The notes beneath the pieces are model-generated. The model made no database searches. It saw only the letters and a program-made list of their open reading frames with translations, and had not been told where the DNA came from. Both the position numbers and the translations under genes were made by a program. This document shows, piece by piece, positions 10,601 to 24,500 of a DNA stretch of 54,388 nt (the first letter of the stretch is position 1; each line of letters opens with the position of its first letter). This stretch comes from Catajapyx aquilonaris (Eukaryota), in the NCBI GenBank assembly GCA_000934665.2, contig KZ538679.1:1-54388 (forward strand), given 5' to 3'.

Positions 10601-11967
10601 TGCCCGTTGCAATAACTTTATGGCGGTGGATAAATTAGCGTATCATATAATGCACTGTAAACCGGAGTTTTGCGTCGTTTAGTTGTTACGTTCGTCACGT
10701 TTTTTTTTTGTATATTATGATGATGAGGTTGAAAATATCTGCTAACGTATTCACTCGCAGTTAGTAGTGGAGGAATAATAGTGTAGGGCTACTCACCAGT
10801 TACGATGGAAGTTGTTCTTTTGCACGATCACCTGCAACAAACCAAAAATGATTGTGCATAAGAAAGTGTCCACATGATGGCAAATAATAAAGATACAAGA
10901 TGGTTCCTTGCTACTGTCATGCTGTATAAGTCGATACATTTTTCTTGACGCCTGTTGTTTGGCCCAACTCGCAGATAAAAATGGAAAGCACATAAGTAAA
11001 TGACATAGGGAATTCCCTGTGTACCCTGCGCATTTGCACACACGATATAGAGTGGCATGGCCAGCCAGGCAGAGCACAAATCGGTACTCAGAGCATTGAA
11101 TCAAATCTGTTTTACACCAACGTACAAAACCACTGGCCTGCCCAATAATTCGTGTACTGCACACAGTGTACTGTCGATGGTCGCAGAATTGGGCGAGTCC
11201 AAGCAGAATGTGAAGTGCTAAAAAAAAATGAGTGCCCATGGATGTCGGCGATAATAATTTGCAGCTAGGCGGGCGTAGTTAAATAGTCCCCGGTGCTTGG
11301 TAAAGGCGAAACCGCATAATTTATTATGATTGGGCTACTCGTTTCGCCCTAACGCTTGATAATTACGCCACATTGTTGCCGCTCATTAGGGCTTTGTTCC
11401 GGCCCCGAATTAACTATTAGCACGCCCACCCAGTGCTTTTGGGACGTCACTACGTGACGTCACCAGGGAGCCGTCTTTTTCACGAGCAAACAAGAGACGT
11501 GATGATGATCCCTATACGATACAGCCAGTCGTCCGAGGGGTGTTGTATCGTCCCCTCCCCCAAACACAAGTGCTGGAGTCGTGCTATATACATTGGATAT
11601 CGCACTCCTGACAACACTAGGACAAAGCGGCTAATCACCAATATAGGGCTCTCCAGTACTGCCTGCATATGCTTCGGTTCATTACATGGAGCTACCCGTG
11701 CAATCATATTCATATCGCGTTCGTCAACCTTCGCATTCTCACTCAACAATGCTTGCCGCCAGGGCCTGCTATGGATTCCAATAAATTCCATGCTGCCAGT
11801 GTACAAATGATATGGGAACGTTGCAGCAGCCATTCGACTCACACAACGGTTTTGTTCGGGGATAATTATGCCTTCACTTGGCCTCTTACAATGCACATGC
11901 ATAATTAAAATGGGCAGTACGTTTATGTCCGACAATCATTATGGCCACTTGCTCTTAAGTACTGAGC

Positions 11968-11969
<2 letters not shown>

Positions 11970-12033
<64 letters not shown>
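11970..12033. repeat. (AAT)n microsatellite
   Basis: About 21 perfect AAT units. Confidence 0.95.
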
Positions 12034-12034
<1 letters not shown>

Positions 12035-13956
12035 CCATAAATTTTAATATTAATTGTGATGGAGATAGTTGTGGTATAGTTGTTATCATCACGAGCCTGT
12101 CAGTACAGTACAGCGTGTACTGTGCAGTATATTATTATAATTATTATTGTGTATTGTAGAACATCATGTATAGCATCATTGGCAAACACTACTGAAACGT
12201 GGCTGGCAATTTCGGTTGACAATGGGATTTGGCTGGTACCAATGCATACCTCCTGCCTACAGTGACAAGTGAGAGGGTGCCAACAATGTCACCACTTGCT
12301 TTTGTCATTCGCCGACGTGATGGTCGGTGCCCTATTTGCTTCGGACTAGAGCCATTCTACGTGTAATTATTATGCCGAAAACTAACGGGCTATAAAGTTG
12401 TGCTATAATCTGATGCTCAAACTTTTTATGTTGTACCATAAACAATATTATTACATCAGTGAGGTGATTCACAACATTACTTTTAATGACTGTAATGACC
12501 AAATGGGTCAAAACTGGAAGGTGACAGCGTTTAAAATAATGAGACAACGTTCGAATTTAATCAAATTAAATTTCTAAACACTTCGAAGCTGTCTCTTGTT
12601 ACACGTTGCAATTGCGAAAGCAGTGTCACGTGCTGCAAGGAACATATAATATTCTCTAAGTTATGGTCTTCAACACTTGGCTAAGAGTTATTAACAGGTC
12701 CTTTCTCACGTATTAGGCCCCTGTACTTCATTTAAATACAAATTCATTCTCACCTAATGTTGCAGTAGTCACACACAAATATTGTATGCATAATTTATGC
12801 CATTTAAACCACTAATGTAACGTACATGCACGAAGGTGTGTTTTGTATAACAATTAGGTCTTAGGCAATCTGAATTTCCGATGTAAAATCCATAGTTGGC
12901 GGCATAATCATCATAACATATGTAGCAACTGTCAGAATATAATACGAGGTCACCGCTCCAAAATGGGTCTGTTTTGCAGGCTTTAATTATACTAAACATT
13001 TGCACAACATATGAATGCACAAACACCGCTTTAAATAAGTTTAAAACGCACTGATTGACACCCTGCATAATCCAGCCGCCCATAATTTTATATTTCAAAC
13101 CTTCACATCCCCATCCCACTCCCTGCTCGATACCACAACTGTTTAAATATGGTCCCCTACACACTACACTCGACACATTTAATTTTGATATACCGCCCAC
13201 CATTGACACAATCTATGATAAGTTACTCAATATGTATCAACTAGTGAGGCGGAAAGGACCGTGCATCACGCATGCAACAAGGTGTATACATCCATATATC
13301 CTGATGGCACCCCTGCAGGCAAACACCAGCAAGAATACGTCACTGGTCAGCATTGTTGGCTTCCAGGCAGTGATCGGTGTGCGTGATTCGAATGAGTCCC
13401 TACGGAAAAAGTGTGGTGGGTCCCCCGCCACTCGTTATGAGCTGCAACGAGTGAATCTGTTGGAAAATCATGGCTATTAGGTGAGGCTAATGGAACAATA
13501 AATGCCATAGTAAATCTGCAAGCGACGCCAGGCCTTCATTTTCCGCCTCCCAATTGATACCCGCCATTAAGATGCGCTCCCATCAAGTGCTCCGACACTC
13601 AAAAAAAAAAATGCTTCCCAAATGTCATTAAGTGACGAAATGTCTGTCGCTCAAGGGGACGACGGGACGGATTCAGATAGATTGATGGGGACACCCGGAG
13701 AATAAAACGGCCACAAGAGGAGTCAAAAAAAGGGGGAGAGACGGTGCATGTATTATACTTTTAGGAATACTTTCAGAAGGTGTCGTTAAAAAAATGATGG
13801 CGGTCGTAAAGGAAGGGTAGTCAGTAACCGGAATCTTGTCTCCGATCAGGCGCACAAAGTAAATAGTCGCCGCATTATTTATACCTGCAACTATGTGCCT
13901 TTTCAACATGTTTCTGGCATTGAGAAAGGGATGGGAAGTACCACGCAGACTCGAAC

Positions 13957-14032
13957 GTGCATCCAATCAGAAGGGGCGACAGAATTTAAAATAAAGTGTA
14001 TCCAATCAGAAGGGGTGACAGAATTTAAAATA
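13957..14032. repeat. 39-bp tandem duplication
   Basis: GTGYATCCAATCAGAAGGGGYGACAGAATTTAAAATA present twice in tandem. Confidence 0.85.
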
Positions 14033-14321
14033 CCGTATGCATTGGGTCCAACGCTCTTCAATCTTTTGTCGCTGAAGGGTGGACATTTGTCTGAATGTCC
14101 ATCATGAAATGTTTTTAACATAATAATATTGTACAGTACAATTTTAACAAATTATGTATTTAATGGGATTTTTCTGTCAGAATAATTGTGCGATATTATT
14201 GAAAATATTTCTTGAAAAATTGTTAATTTTTCCATGTATTTCTTAAAAAATTGCTAATTTTTCCATATATTTCAAAGAAATGGAGATATTTAGGCCTATA
14301 TTGAATGTTTTGTGGATGTCC

Positions 14322-14408
14322 TGCCGAGGGCTGATCCGGGGGATTGAACTCGGTACCGGTACCTCAAAAGTGGAAAGCTGTGATTCTAACCACTACACTG
14401 CTTCCCTA
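14322..14408 (-). mobile_element. Degenerate tRNA-derived SINE head
   Basis: Minus strand reads GGGAAGCAGTGTAGTGGTTAGAATCACAGCTTTCCAC...GAGTTCAATCCCCCC, with A-box-like and B-box-like motifs but no intact cloverleaf. Confidence 0.45.
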
Positions 14409-15001
14409 TATTAAAATCAGTCATATTTGAAACATTTATCAACTTAATTATAAATCAGACACTCCGTGATGAAACCGTGGATTAATATCGTCAAGTGATT
14501 CAGTTAATAAGATGAAATCCCAGTGCAAGACAATGCATCGAAATAACCTCAAGACTATAATCCCAAGTTGGCATCAACGTAGATGAGAGATGCCAAAGCC
14601 CTGCTTTTCCAATCTGAATCCTTCATTTGTGCGGTTGTGAAGAAGTGGTGCGCCGCCTCCCGATGCGGGTCCTGCACCCAACCAAATCCGAGTGATAAAT
14701 TACCCCTAGGATTAGATTACGAGTCAGAGGTTAATTAGAACATAAGGCGGGGAGAAATATGGGCTGCTAGAAAAGAGGACCAGAACGTAGGAGTAGTCAG
14801 CTGCAAAGCATGGACGCTGATTCTGACACTAGAAATCTGATCCAGTTCAGTCCGATTTGGTTCAGACAAAACGAGAGCGAGAATTTTTAGCGTGAGTTGA
14901 CTTCTCGCTAACGCTTTTAACTCGTGAAATATTGCGTGTGATGCCCCCTTTGTTTTTCCGGATATTCTGTCGGGTCAACACGACATGTGACAAACAAAAG
15001 C

Positions 15002-15022
15002 GAGCTTGCCTGGGACATGGCC
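15002..15022. promoter_or_regulatory. Candidate distal p53 response element
   Basis: GAGCTTGCCT (perfect half-site), 1-bp spacer, GGACATGGCC (1 mismatch); a further CGACATGTGA at 14981-14990. Confidence 0.4.
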
Positions 15023-16349
15023 CCCGTATTTTTATGACGTATGGGTTACGCCCTGCAACATCACAGCTTAATAGAGCAATCAAAGTGAAAAAGAAGGCCC
15101 GGACTTTACTACATTAATTAGGGCCGGGCCTTCATAAAAACAGGCGTGAACACGTTGATGGCCCTAATTAATTGGGAAAAGGCCAACTAATCCCTGGGAT
15201 AACGAGCAATACGAGCATTCATTTAATTATCAAATCCTGCCAGAAAAAGGAATAAACCAAGTGTGGGGTTTACCACCCTGGCACACACAAAAGGAACGAC
15301 ACGGCGATTGCTATCTGAAATACTATTTCTGCCACAAAATCCCAGCCAGGACAGATGTCCGCACGCATTGTCGCAACCCTTCTCTATTATTACTATCGTG
15401 CAAAAAGTCACGACAGGAAACTAGTGACACTTGCGACACAAAAAGCAATCGGTCTTCAGCCAATCTATTGCTAATTCCTGTCTTTCCACAGGGTTAACAA
15501 TCTCAAATTGTTGCGTGTATACTTTTTTCTGGATAACAAATGACTAGTGGTGTGTATAGGGTTAAGGCGGTGCGGACATGTGAGTCTGGGTAAGAAGAAT
15601 GGATGCGACAGGGCGACTGATTAATTAGGGTTAGGGACAGGAAGTTGTGAATAATTCAAGAGAACCCGAGTCCGACAGATTTCCTTTTCGTGATGCTGTT
15701 CCTCAATTTAGATGATGGCTTTTATATCGTCTTATCCACTTATTCGGATCTCGATCTGAATTTATATACATCGCTTTTCACTTGATAGATTGTGGGGTTA
15801 GCTTTAGAGTGAGCCAATGCTTTCTAAAGGATTAGTATCACTCTCTTTTTTTGAGAACTATAGCTATAGTAATATTCTAACGCTATGATATCAGCACGTA
15901 ATTTGGCTCTTTCGAAATTATTGTCCCATTTCCAGAGTGACAAGTCACGAATGTCTCTAGGGATCGTTCTGGTTAATGACAATTCTTGGAACGAATTTCC
16001 ATTACGGATAGGGTAAGAAATTCTCGTTTCGTGAAGCAAGTTATTACATAATTTGACATTGCGCGTTGGGACGTACAAATTGTCAATTATAATTAAATTT
16101 GATTGCTTCTTGCCTATCCAGGTCGTTTTTACATTGAAACAATCCAACTGATACACTCTGGCTGCCATAATAAGACGAAGGTAATGACACGAGTGAATAG
16201 AGCAACTGGCATGTAAAACGTAGCCCATAGGGATCGAATAATGTATGATTGTTTGAAAGGCAGGTTTAGTGAAAAGGGTGGGTAGGCAAGTGCCTAATGG
16301 CTCGGGGTTTGTCGAATTGTCCCCAGGAGAGGTGGTGAGAGTGGCCACG

Positions 16350-16470
16350 GCCGCAAGATGGCTCCCTGGGCGCTGAGCCCAAATGCAGCCACCACCAATT
16401 AGCGCGCGTTGTTTTGGCGGGGAAAGAAGTAGTGGGAGATTTATGTCCGCGTAGATAAATATAAAGCGGG
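16350..16470 (+). promoter_or_regulatory. Promoter/enhancer-like CpG-rich segment
   Basis: YY1-like CAAGATGGC, CCAAT, E2F-like TTTTGGCGGGGAAA (16412-16425) and TATAAAG (16460-16466) clustered within about 120 bp. Confidence 0.3.
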
Positions 16471-17128
16471 GCGTGCGCCCTATCCCGTCGGCTTGACCGC
16501 TTCGTTATTATGACCCTCCGCCTCCCTTTTTACGAGGTCACTGCCTGTAATCAAACGGGTCGGGCGGGGGTGTGGCGGGGGGTACCCGGGGACGATTTGC
16601 TTGCTCCCGGATTACCACTTGATGACCCTTTTAACTACTGCCCCAAGTGTTGGCTGCCAATTGCCACTACTCGGACTTGAGCTCCCTCTACCCCCCCCCT
16701 CCAACCAGCAACCAATCATTCACACCCAACCCTGTCTATCCATCATCCAACCAACCTTTCAACTCATTCCTCATTTGCATGACTTTAGTCCGCAAAATTA
16801 AATTTATGGTCACCAAATAAGAAAAGCATGTGAAGATATGAAGTGCGGCAGCAATGGTCCTGATTGTGCTTAAGCCCTAGGTATAGCGTGTCACGATAAA
16901 GGCTTGGGGTATTCTTCTGGAGAAGAAGTGTTGGTGGCCATGCAGGGGGCTATTGGCTCCCAACCGGTTTTTGCAAGGTCTCCGGTTCTGTACGGGTCTA
17001 GCATAGAGATATACAGCTCGAAGGTAGGGGGTAGTGGAGCGTAACTCTTGTCCCTGGAGATGGATGCAAACAAGCAAGCAAAAGAGAGGCCTGGAAAAGC
17101 AAGCAAGCTCAGCTAGCAGCAGCAGGAA

Positions 17129-17141
17129 GGGTCAGTGCACT
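17129..17141. promoter_or_regulatory. hsp27-type ecdysone response element candidate
   Basis: GGGTCA-G-TGCACT, close to the classical GGTTCA-A-TGCACT IR1. Confidence 0.3.
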
Positions 17142-18347
17142 CTCATCATCGTCATCATCGTCATCATCTCATCTCAAGGTCTACGAGACCATGGATGGGT
17201 CAGGCAACACAAGGGGAAGAAGGAAGGCCTGTACCTGCTGCATCCTGTTTTGCAGCCTCTTAATAGTGTATAAAGATGGCTCTACAGTATACACCATAAT
17301 TATACACCCAGGTTCGGTCTGATCACAAAAAGGTTGTGAGCTTGACCCTATTTCTACACCAGAGGGAACTGATCCAGGCGGTTATCCCACGCACAAAAAT
17401 ATTACGAGTAATATTCGTTGTATCGGCTATTCAGCAATGTTGATCCCACTCAACCTAATACCAACAAACAATTTTCTTACTACCAGCCCCCAGATTAACC
17501 CCCTAGTTAGGACCCTCTGTCCCTAAGGACCTCCAAATGTGATTGTGTCCAGGTGCAAATAACGAGCCCTCTCTGGCTAATCTGGCAGGTAGGCCATTTC
17601 CCTAAGCAAAATGTGCGGATGAGAGAATAGTCTGCGCAATAACCTTAACCGAATTGACACGTCCTCCAATAAACCTAGGTCCGTGCTAGAGGTATATAAT
17701 CCCAGCATGAGCCAACCCCTCATGATACGAATCCGTCGTCTGAATAATAGATATGGCACAACTGTCCGGATTCCACGCCGGCATATGCGACCCAGCCCCA
17801 ACCTAAAAAAAAAAAAGAAAAAAAGGTGAGAGATTGTGACGCAGATAAGTTCTAACTAAATGTTTCAAAGCCAACAAGGACAATTTTTATCTATTGTCTA
17901 GGGATAATTCCTCACATGTGGCCTATTCGCGTGACGGACCAGACGCCATATTTTGAGGCAGCTCGAGCATGACAGTGAATCAGGCTTCCATAACTCTTCC
18001 GGATCCACACACTTTTTTGACCTAAGAGTTTCTTCCTATTGTTCTAACAATTGCATCGAGTTCGGGACATATGCAGATGGGGGGGTTGTGCAACATTGAT
18101 GTGGATGGTCAGCTGCGTTTGACACGATGATTTGCGGAACTCAATTATGCATATGCCCCCTACCTGCAAAGTGCGAGTGTGTAGTCAAGTCAATGCCCAT
18201 AAGTGACCATACGTCAATCAGGTTGACCCTCTGTGTCATTACGGGTCTGGTTTCATTTCCGATGTGTACTTGCGGTTTACGCATTGCGTATGGGGGTTTG
18301 CCATATGGTATGTGGAACATCTGAACGTCACAGGCTAATATATTCAC

Positions 18348-18527
18348 GTTGGCAACCGAACTTGGTTATGGAGTCCGACTGCTAAATCGGGAGGTCCTGG
18401 GTTTGATTCCCGGGGCCGGCGATTCCGAACGTGGTTTTCCATGGTCCCTCCCAGGATAATTCCGGGGTCGCTTCCGTATAATAGGCCACTGCCTCTCCCT
18501 TCCTTCCCTATCCTTGGCCCCACCCAT
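18348..18527 (+). mobile_element. tRNA-derived SINE family 1, diverged copy
   Basis: Shares CTGCTAA(A)TCGGGAGGTCCTGGGTT.GA.TCCCGGGGCCGGC...GTGGTTTTCCATGG...AATTCCGGGGTCGCTTCCGTA..ATAGGCCAC..CCTTCCCTATCC with the copies at 43.5, 47.2 and 51.5 kb. Confidence 0.85.
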
Positions 18528-21500
18528 GTGTGAAGAAAAATTTCAGAAAAATGTTGTAAAATGGTGGTATTCCACCCCCCTAATGGAGCGCCGATTCTCC
18601 CAATGGGGTATAACAACTAAATTAAATAATGAAATATATGCACGTTGGCCTTTAAAATGATAAAAATTACAGATATTTATTCCCAATGTGCCCAAAATGC
18701 AAAAAGCTGATATTTAGTCACAAAAATCATATTTTCACGAATAATCCTCGATTTTTTTGGATCCAGTCGTGTGCCTGATGATTGGTCAGTCCGATCACGT
18801 GCACAGATTCGGTGGAGCAGAACCGGAGCCTGGAACACGTGCAGGAAGAGGAGGTGACGAGCCCTCCCTTTTTTAAAAAAATGATAAAAAAAGGACAGGG
18901 TGTACGTAGTACGTTCGAGGCTTGTTCTGGCAAGTGGCCAGAACAGGAGCTAGTGGCAGAACGTGCAGCCAGCCTCAGCCCAGGACCACTGCCCGGGGAT
19001 CGCACAGAAACCACCAAAAAAAACCAGTCTTGATAACAAAAAAAAAGGGGGCAGCAGGCCCCAGTCCGTGTCTCAAAGTTAGCCAGAGCTTGGAACAGCT
19101 TAGGTTGTTTCTAAGATACAGCCAAGAAGGTGGTGGTGGCGGGAAGGGGGCTGGTGTCCTTGCAAGTGACCCTGGGGTCAGGTGGTGGCGCCGCGCTGGC
19201 TGCCGCTCCGTCGCCCAGATTGCCCTCGGGGGAGAAGCAGCAGAAGCCAACCCCCGGCCCGGCCACCCCCAACCCCCGGCCAAGAAGTTCTAGCATCAGG
19301 ATTGTTGTCGGTTGTTGATAATGGGCGGTACCCACGCACTGTATTCGCGTGGGACGGATCTGTATCGGTGGTTTTTGGAAGAGCGATACGACTCAGTGTC
19401 AGGCGATGCTATTGACACTGAGGACACAATCACGGACAGATTTGTAGATATTTTGTACACTCAATAGGGAATTCCCTAATGAAAAAAAATGGCGTAAGTT
19501 TAGCCATGCGTATCGCAATGAGTCGCAAGACATGTCGTCAACCACTGGAAAAAGGGTCACACACACGCACGCTTCAACATTTTTTATCCTACTCCACCTA
19601 TCAGTTTCCTCGCGTGGCCAACTCCTTCAAAATGTATCACTAACATACAAAAAAAAAACAACAACAAAAAACTAGGGACGTTGTAAATTCACAAGCTGTA
19701 CGTGTACGGTATGGAACATATGCTGTTGGAAAACTGGAAGTGATTCACGTCTATATAAATTACCAGTACATGAGTCATATATTATCCGGGGCGTTAGACG
19801 CTTCCTATACAATTCCGGTGTCATCTAGACCTATGCTAGTAATGTTGGTCATAGGTAAGTACAGGGAGGCGGGGTCAGGGTACAACTGGTTTCAAACGGA
19901 ATCTTTTCAACATGTCATCGTATGTAATGTACTGGTTGGGAAATTCCACTCTTGATTTTCCACATACGGCATATAGGATGAAGGGAAAAAATATAGAAGA
20001 AGCGGAGCAGAAAAAAATGTGGGAATGGCCACGGATGACCTATCCCAAGGCGGAATTCTTGGCTGGAGAGGGTTAAGGACGCAAGCAGTCATGTGAAACA
20101 CTATTGTGTCTGTATATGCAGTCGTGTGTCGCCCATAGGCTACATTCTGAAGAAAGTGAAGAAAGGGTCATTCCGGGGGTAAGGGTCAGTGCGAAAACTC
20201 GGCTGATATTTTAACTTGGCTAGAAATGGTCTTATATAGAACGCGAATCCTGATATGACCCAGTGAGGTCAAGGTTCGCCGGCTAGTTCGCATATTCAAA
20301 TATCCGGTATATTACTAGTTAATTGGCATTTAATAGTGGACTGGTATAGCCTGGAGCCGGGTGCTTATTTTTTTTCTGAGCCTTTCGTGACTAGTTTATT
20401 TCGCGCCTCTGGGCATTTACGTTATATACGCGATTCTAGTGCATATAGCAGTGTACGGCATAACTGGTTGTCTCAAGACCGCCGTGATATCACGCTATGG
20501 TACAATAACCTCATTATACTGTTTTCATTAGCAGGCTCTTACATCATTCGTGACATTATTTTTTTACACGCACGGTAGGCCTGCGTTACTATGCAAAAGT
20601 ACAGGTGATTCCACAGGTACTTATACACCCTTTCCATAACGCGATATAGTCCGATACACGATAAAAATGCAATAAAAACAGATTGCGTGACACAAAAGTT
20701 TCACACAAAATTGACCTGATGTAATACCCACTGGAATATTCGATGGACATGGAATCAAGTCATCACTGACTAAACTTCTTGCAAATTCCCTTCTTTTACT
20801 AAACTAACACTTTTTGATATAATTAGGCCAAAAACTTGTACCAGTTGCTATGTGATGTGAGTGGGTGGTGATAAGGGGATTTCCGCATGTTTTTGAGCTA
20901 TGTCAGTGGCAGGCGTGTGTCACCCATATAGTGATCGAAGTACAGAGTGTCACTGATGGTCTTCCATCAGCATATAGACTACACCCCAGACTAATTAGCC
21001 ACCTCCGGTGATGCGAATGTGGAGATATCCCCCCCTTCCCTCCCCCGCCTTCCCCCTCTCTAGCAACCCACTTCCTGAAACAAAGGCCGCAGATTTAGCG
21101 TGAAGCAAAGGCCGTAAATCATTTTAATGATTGGGAAGGGGTTGGGTTGGCTGCCTGGTTACTTGCCACCAAATCGCTGAATATTCATGCATTTCGACGT
21201 GAAGAAGTTACATTTGTCTGCCAAGTTTTTTGACTCCCTGCAAAACCCTCCCTCGAATTAAACTCCGTGCCTCTTAATTAAAGCACTGGATGCCATTAAT
21301 TACAGGCATTGTTGCATTCCCCATGCTTCATTACCTGCTTTGTGACTTACTCCCATCGCAGGTTGCTGGCTCTTGAATAATATCATGTCCGGCCACTATA
21401 ATGCAACTTGGTATCTGCATTATTTAAAATGTATGCCTATAAATAATAAAAAAATTAAATAATAATAGCATAAAATTACTGACGAAAGATTGTAATAAAA

Positions 21501-24500
21501 TATATTCCAGTAGTACATAATATTGATCTAAATGAAGTATAAATATTATTTAGGCACAAAAAGTGTAGCATATGCAAAGCAACTTTCGAGGACAGTGCTT
21601 GACTCAGCTAGTAACTAATAAACTGCTCTAATACACGGCGTTCATTAACCGGCTTATCAGTTATGGCCAGAAAAATAGTGTCTCTGACGATGGCGGCTGG
21701 TTTTGGACGTTTCCTCGTGACCTCAATTTATTTTGACCTCTGAAACAAAAAGCGTCCTTGTTTTATCAGCGTGGTTTTCCTCTGGAGACCCGGCAAACGG
21801 CGTCAAAGGTCAGCGCACAGTAAACAGTCAGAAGTCAAAGCCAGACAACAAACCCATTAAAAGTGGGTGGGAAAACTATCTCTCCCAAGTGCGCGGTCAA
21901 GATTTAATTGCAGAGTTAGGTACCATTTTCAATATCTGTCGGTCACTGGCCCAATCAAGGGTCAGAATTTTCCCTCGTATTTTTTAAATTATTGCGTTCT
22001 AATTGGACGGCGGTAAATATCCCGTTGCCAGCGGTACTGTAAACAAACTTTTATCGAAAAGGGGTGCGTAATCTGAAACCCCGACTTCTGGATAGGTTAC
22101 ACTTGTGTTTTCGTTGATGCTGCAGCTTATCAGTTATCTTATCTCGAACTGGGAAAAGCACCTCCACTTAAGTTTTGAAGAAAAAAAAAATGTTGGTTTA
22201 TATATAGCCGAGTTTCGTCATCATTGTTGTCATCTGGTTTTCACTCCTTCACGTAACCCTGCAAGTACATATCTTTACATCAATGATTGAACATCTGCTT
22301 GTGTAATATGAGCAGTGTATATGCCTGCGATAGGGGTTCATACAGTTCGCCTTCACATCACTTTCAAGGCTCTTCCTTCATCACAACCATCTCTACCTAT
22401 CAGCTTCCAAGCAGTTTGACCAGCTGCAGATGTATGCTGCTAAACACCCCTATAGTTTACACATGCTTGTTTATGAGAACAAAACGCTACCAAGATCGAT
22501 ACCATGTATTGTCCTACTTCAGGAACCTATGACCCTGTGACATCCCCCATTATTGCTTCTGCAATTGCTATTTTTTGTCCCAACATCAGTTCACTCCTAC
22601 AAGAACAATATGACTCACGACGACCACCGTAGAGACGAGTCGATTTTGTGGGACGGACAATACGTTGTTATGCAAGAGAAACACGAGAGGACGTCGTCGG
22701 TGGCTGCGACCCCCGCCGACACAAAAGGCTTCCATGCCCAGCATGCAAATAAACCTACCGCCTGCCAGTCAGCCCTCCACGTGGGAAAATGTGCTAAAAT
22801 ACAGGGCACGATGTCAGGGTGGGCCAAAGAGCCTTTCGATACGCTGGGTGGACCCCTTCATCGAATTATCCGCGCCTGCACCCAGATTGACGCATGTCAT
22901 CTCCGCTCATTTACCTATCTCAACAACTCAATATTTTGCGTTCAAAAAATTCCTACATTCTATGGAAAAAAAAATGATGATTCATATGGCTATAATTGCA
23001 GCGTTGTATACCATGGCTAAATGGATACTTGTGTGGTAGCAGTGAAAACCGCACTAATGAGCAGGGTAAAAAAAAGTGATGGGGGTGCAAAAAGCGTGTG
23101 AATGAGGACTCATTACTGGGTGGATCATGACGAGCTAACAGGAGATGGGCGGCTAGAAAGGATTTTTCGGAAGAAAGTGTGAAGAGGTTGGATGCCTAAT
23201 GAGCGGAGGAAACGGTTCTGGAATGCAAATGAGCCTCTTGTCGCTTGGATGCTGCCACCAACAAGTACTTCAGACTAAATGCGACTGATGCAGCGGGTCG
23301 CTTTGACTAGGAAGATGATGTCTAAAGCTCGATTTTGTGACTCCTAGAATTTGCTCAATTATGGCTGGTTTCTTCCAGTTTGGATAATGAAACGTGCTTC
23401 AAGAATTTGAGGAAATCGTGGTGCAACCTTGCATCATGGTGAATCATCGTCAGTCTGCTTTTTTAGTGTAACATACGGAGGCGACTCATCATCAGGTGAC
23501 TTGGTGGATTACCTAATCACTTTTTTTATTCTGCATTAAATGTCTCCCATCAGCTGAGGTCTGACCTCGAGAGGTCGACTCATCCAATAATACACAAGTT
23601 GACTGTTTATATAGCCATCTCCGAGGCCGTCTCACGACTCTCCTCCAAGTCCACCCATGCCATCTACCAACAAGCTTCTTACTATAGCAATGGTTCCCAA
23701 CCTGGGGGTCGCGCACCACTGTACTAAAGCCTAAGGAGGGTCAATTTGATATAATTTCGATTTCAGACCGACATGACTGCAGCCGGATTCGACAGCCATC
23801 TTAGTGGCCACTCTCTTGAAGAGCTTTTTTTCCCCTGAAGTGTCCTCTAACCCTGATGGCTAAGGGCGCATCATCCGTCAGGTGAGATGGTTCACAAGAG
23901 GTCATTTCTTTCTAATTGGTGTTTTGTGTTTGGAGGGGCGCCTTGTGAGAAACAGCCTGAAGCTACGACCATCTTGAGTGGCAGATCGATGCTGCTTCTC
24001 GCCTAATTTTTCCCATCTCTTCTGGTAGGCGCCATTGCAACAAGTGGCGCTGGCCAATTCGGGATGGCGTGCTGGCTGCAAGATTGCATCCTCTCCAAGC
24101 TTTTCTAGCTCCAAAAAGCGGGGGTGGCTATGGTAGGAAGAGGGGGTGAGAAACCTGTTGGTGACGCGGGTAGGCCCGGGCTTTCTATCCGGATTTTTTT
24201 TATATTTATACTACGATGGTGCAGCAGGAGTCTGCTGACTGGTAACGCTGCAGGCGGTCCTGGGTGGTTGACCCACAGAATAAAACAATGCAAGGCAGAG
24301 CAAATGATCCTTCCACTTCGTTTGGACTCAAGGGCCCTCGAAGGTAGTCAGCCAGAATTGTGGTGGTACCATTGATTTAATCAAATGTTGCAAGGGATCT
24401 CCACCCTGCCCTGAAGGTGCTGATCTTTTGCTTGCTCAAGACTCCTTTGTTGACCTTTGTTCGCCCGAAAGACCAAAGGACAGATCCCAAAGATGTTGCT

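Noticed and set aside
9880..16348. Long ORFs of 140-175 aa (9880, 10793, 11480, 12769, 13055, 15824)
   Set aside because: No recognisable domains or consistent exon structure; many have non-ATG starts; consistent with random ORFs.
19098..19108. AACCT-type template for TTAGG telomerase RNA in the hairpin island
   Set aside because: Only a short (6-7 nt) match, expected by chance; no supporting promoter or pseudoknot identified.
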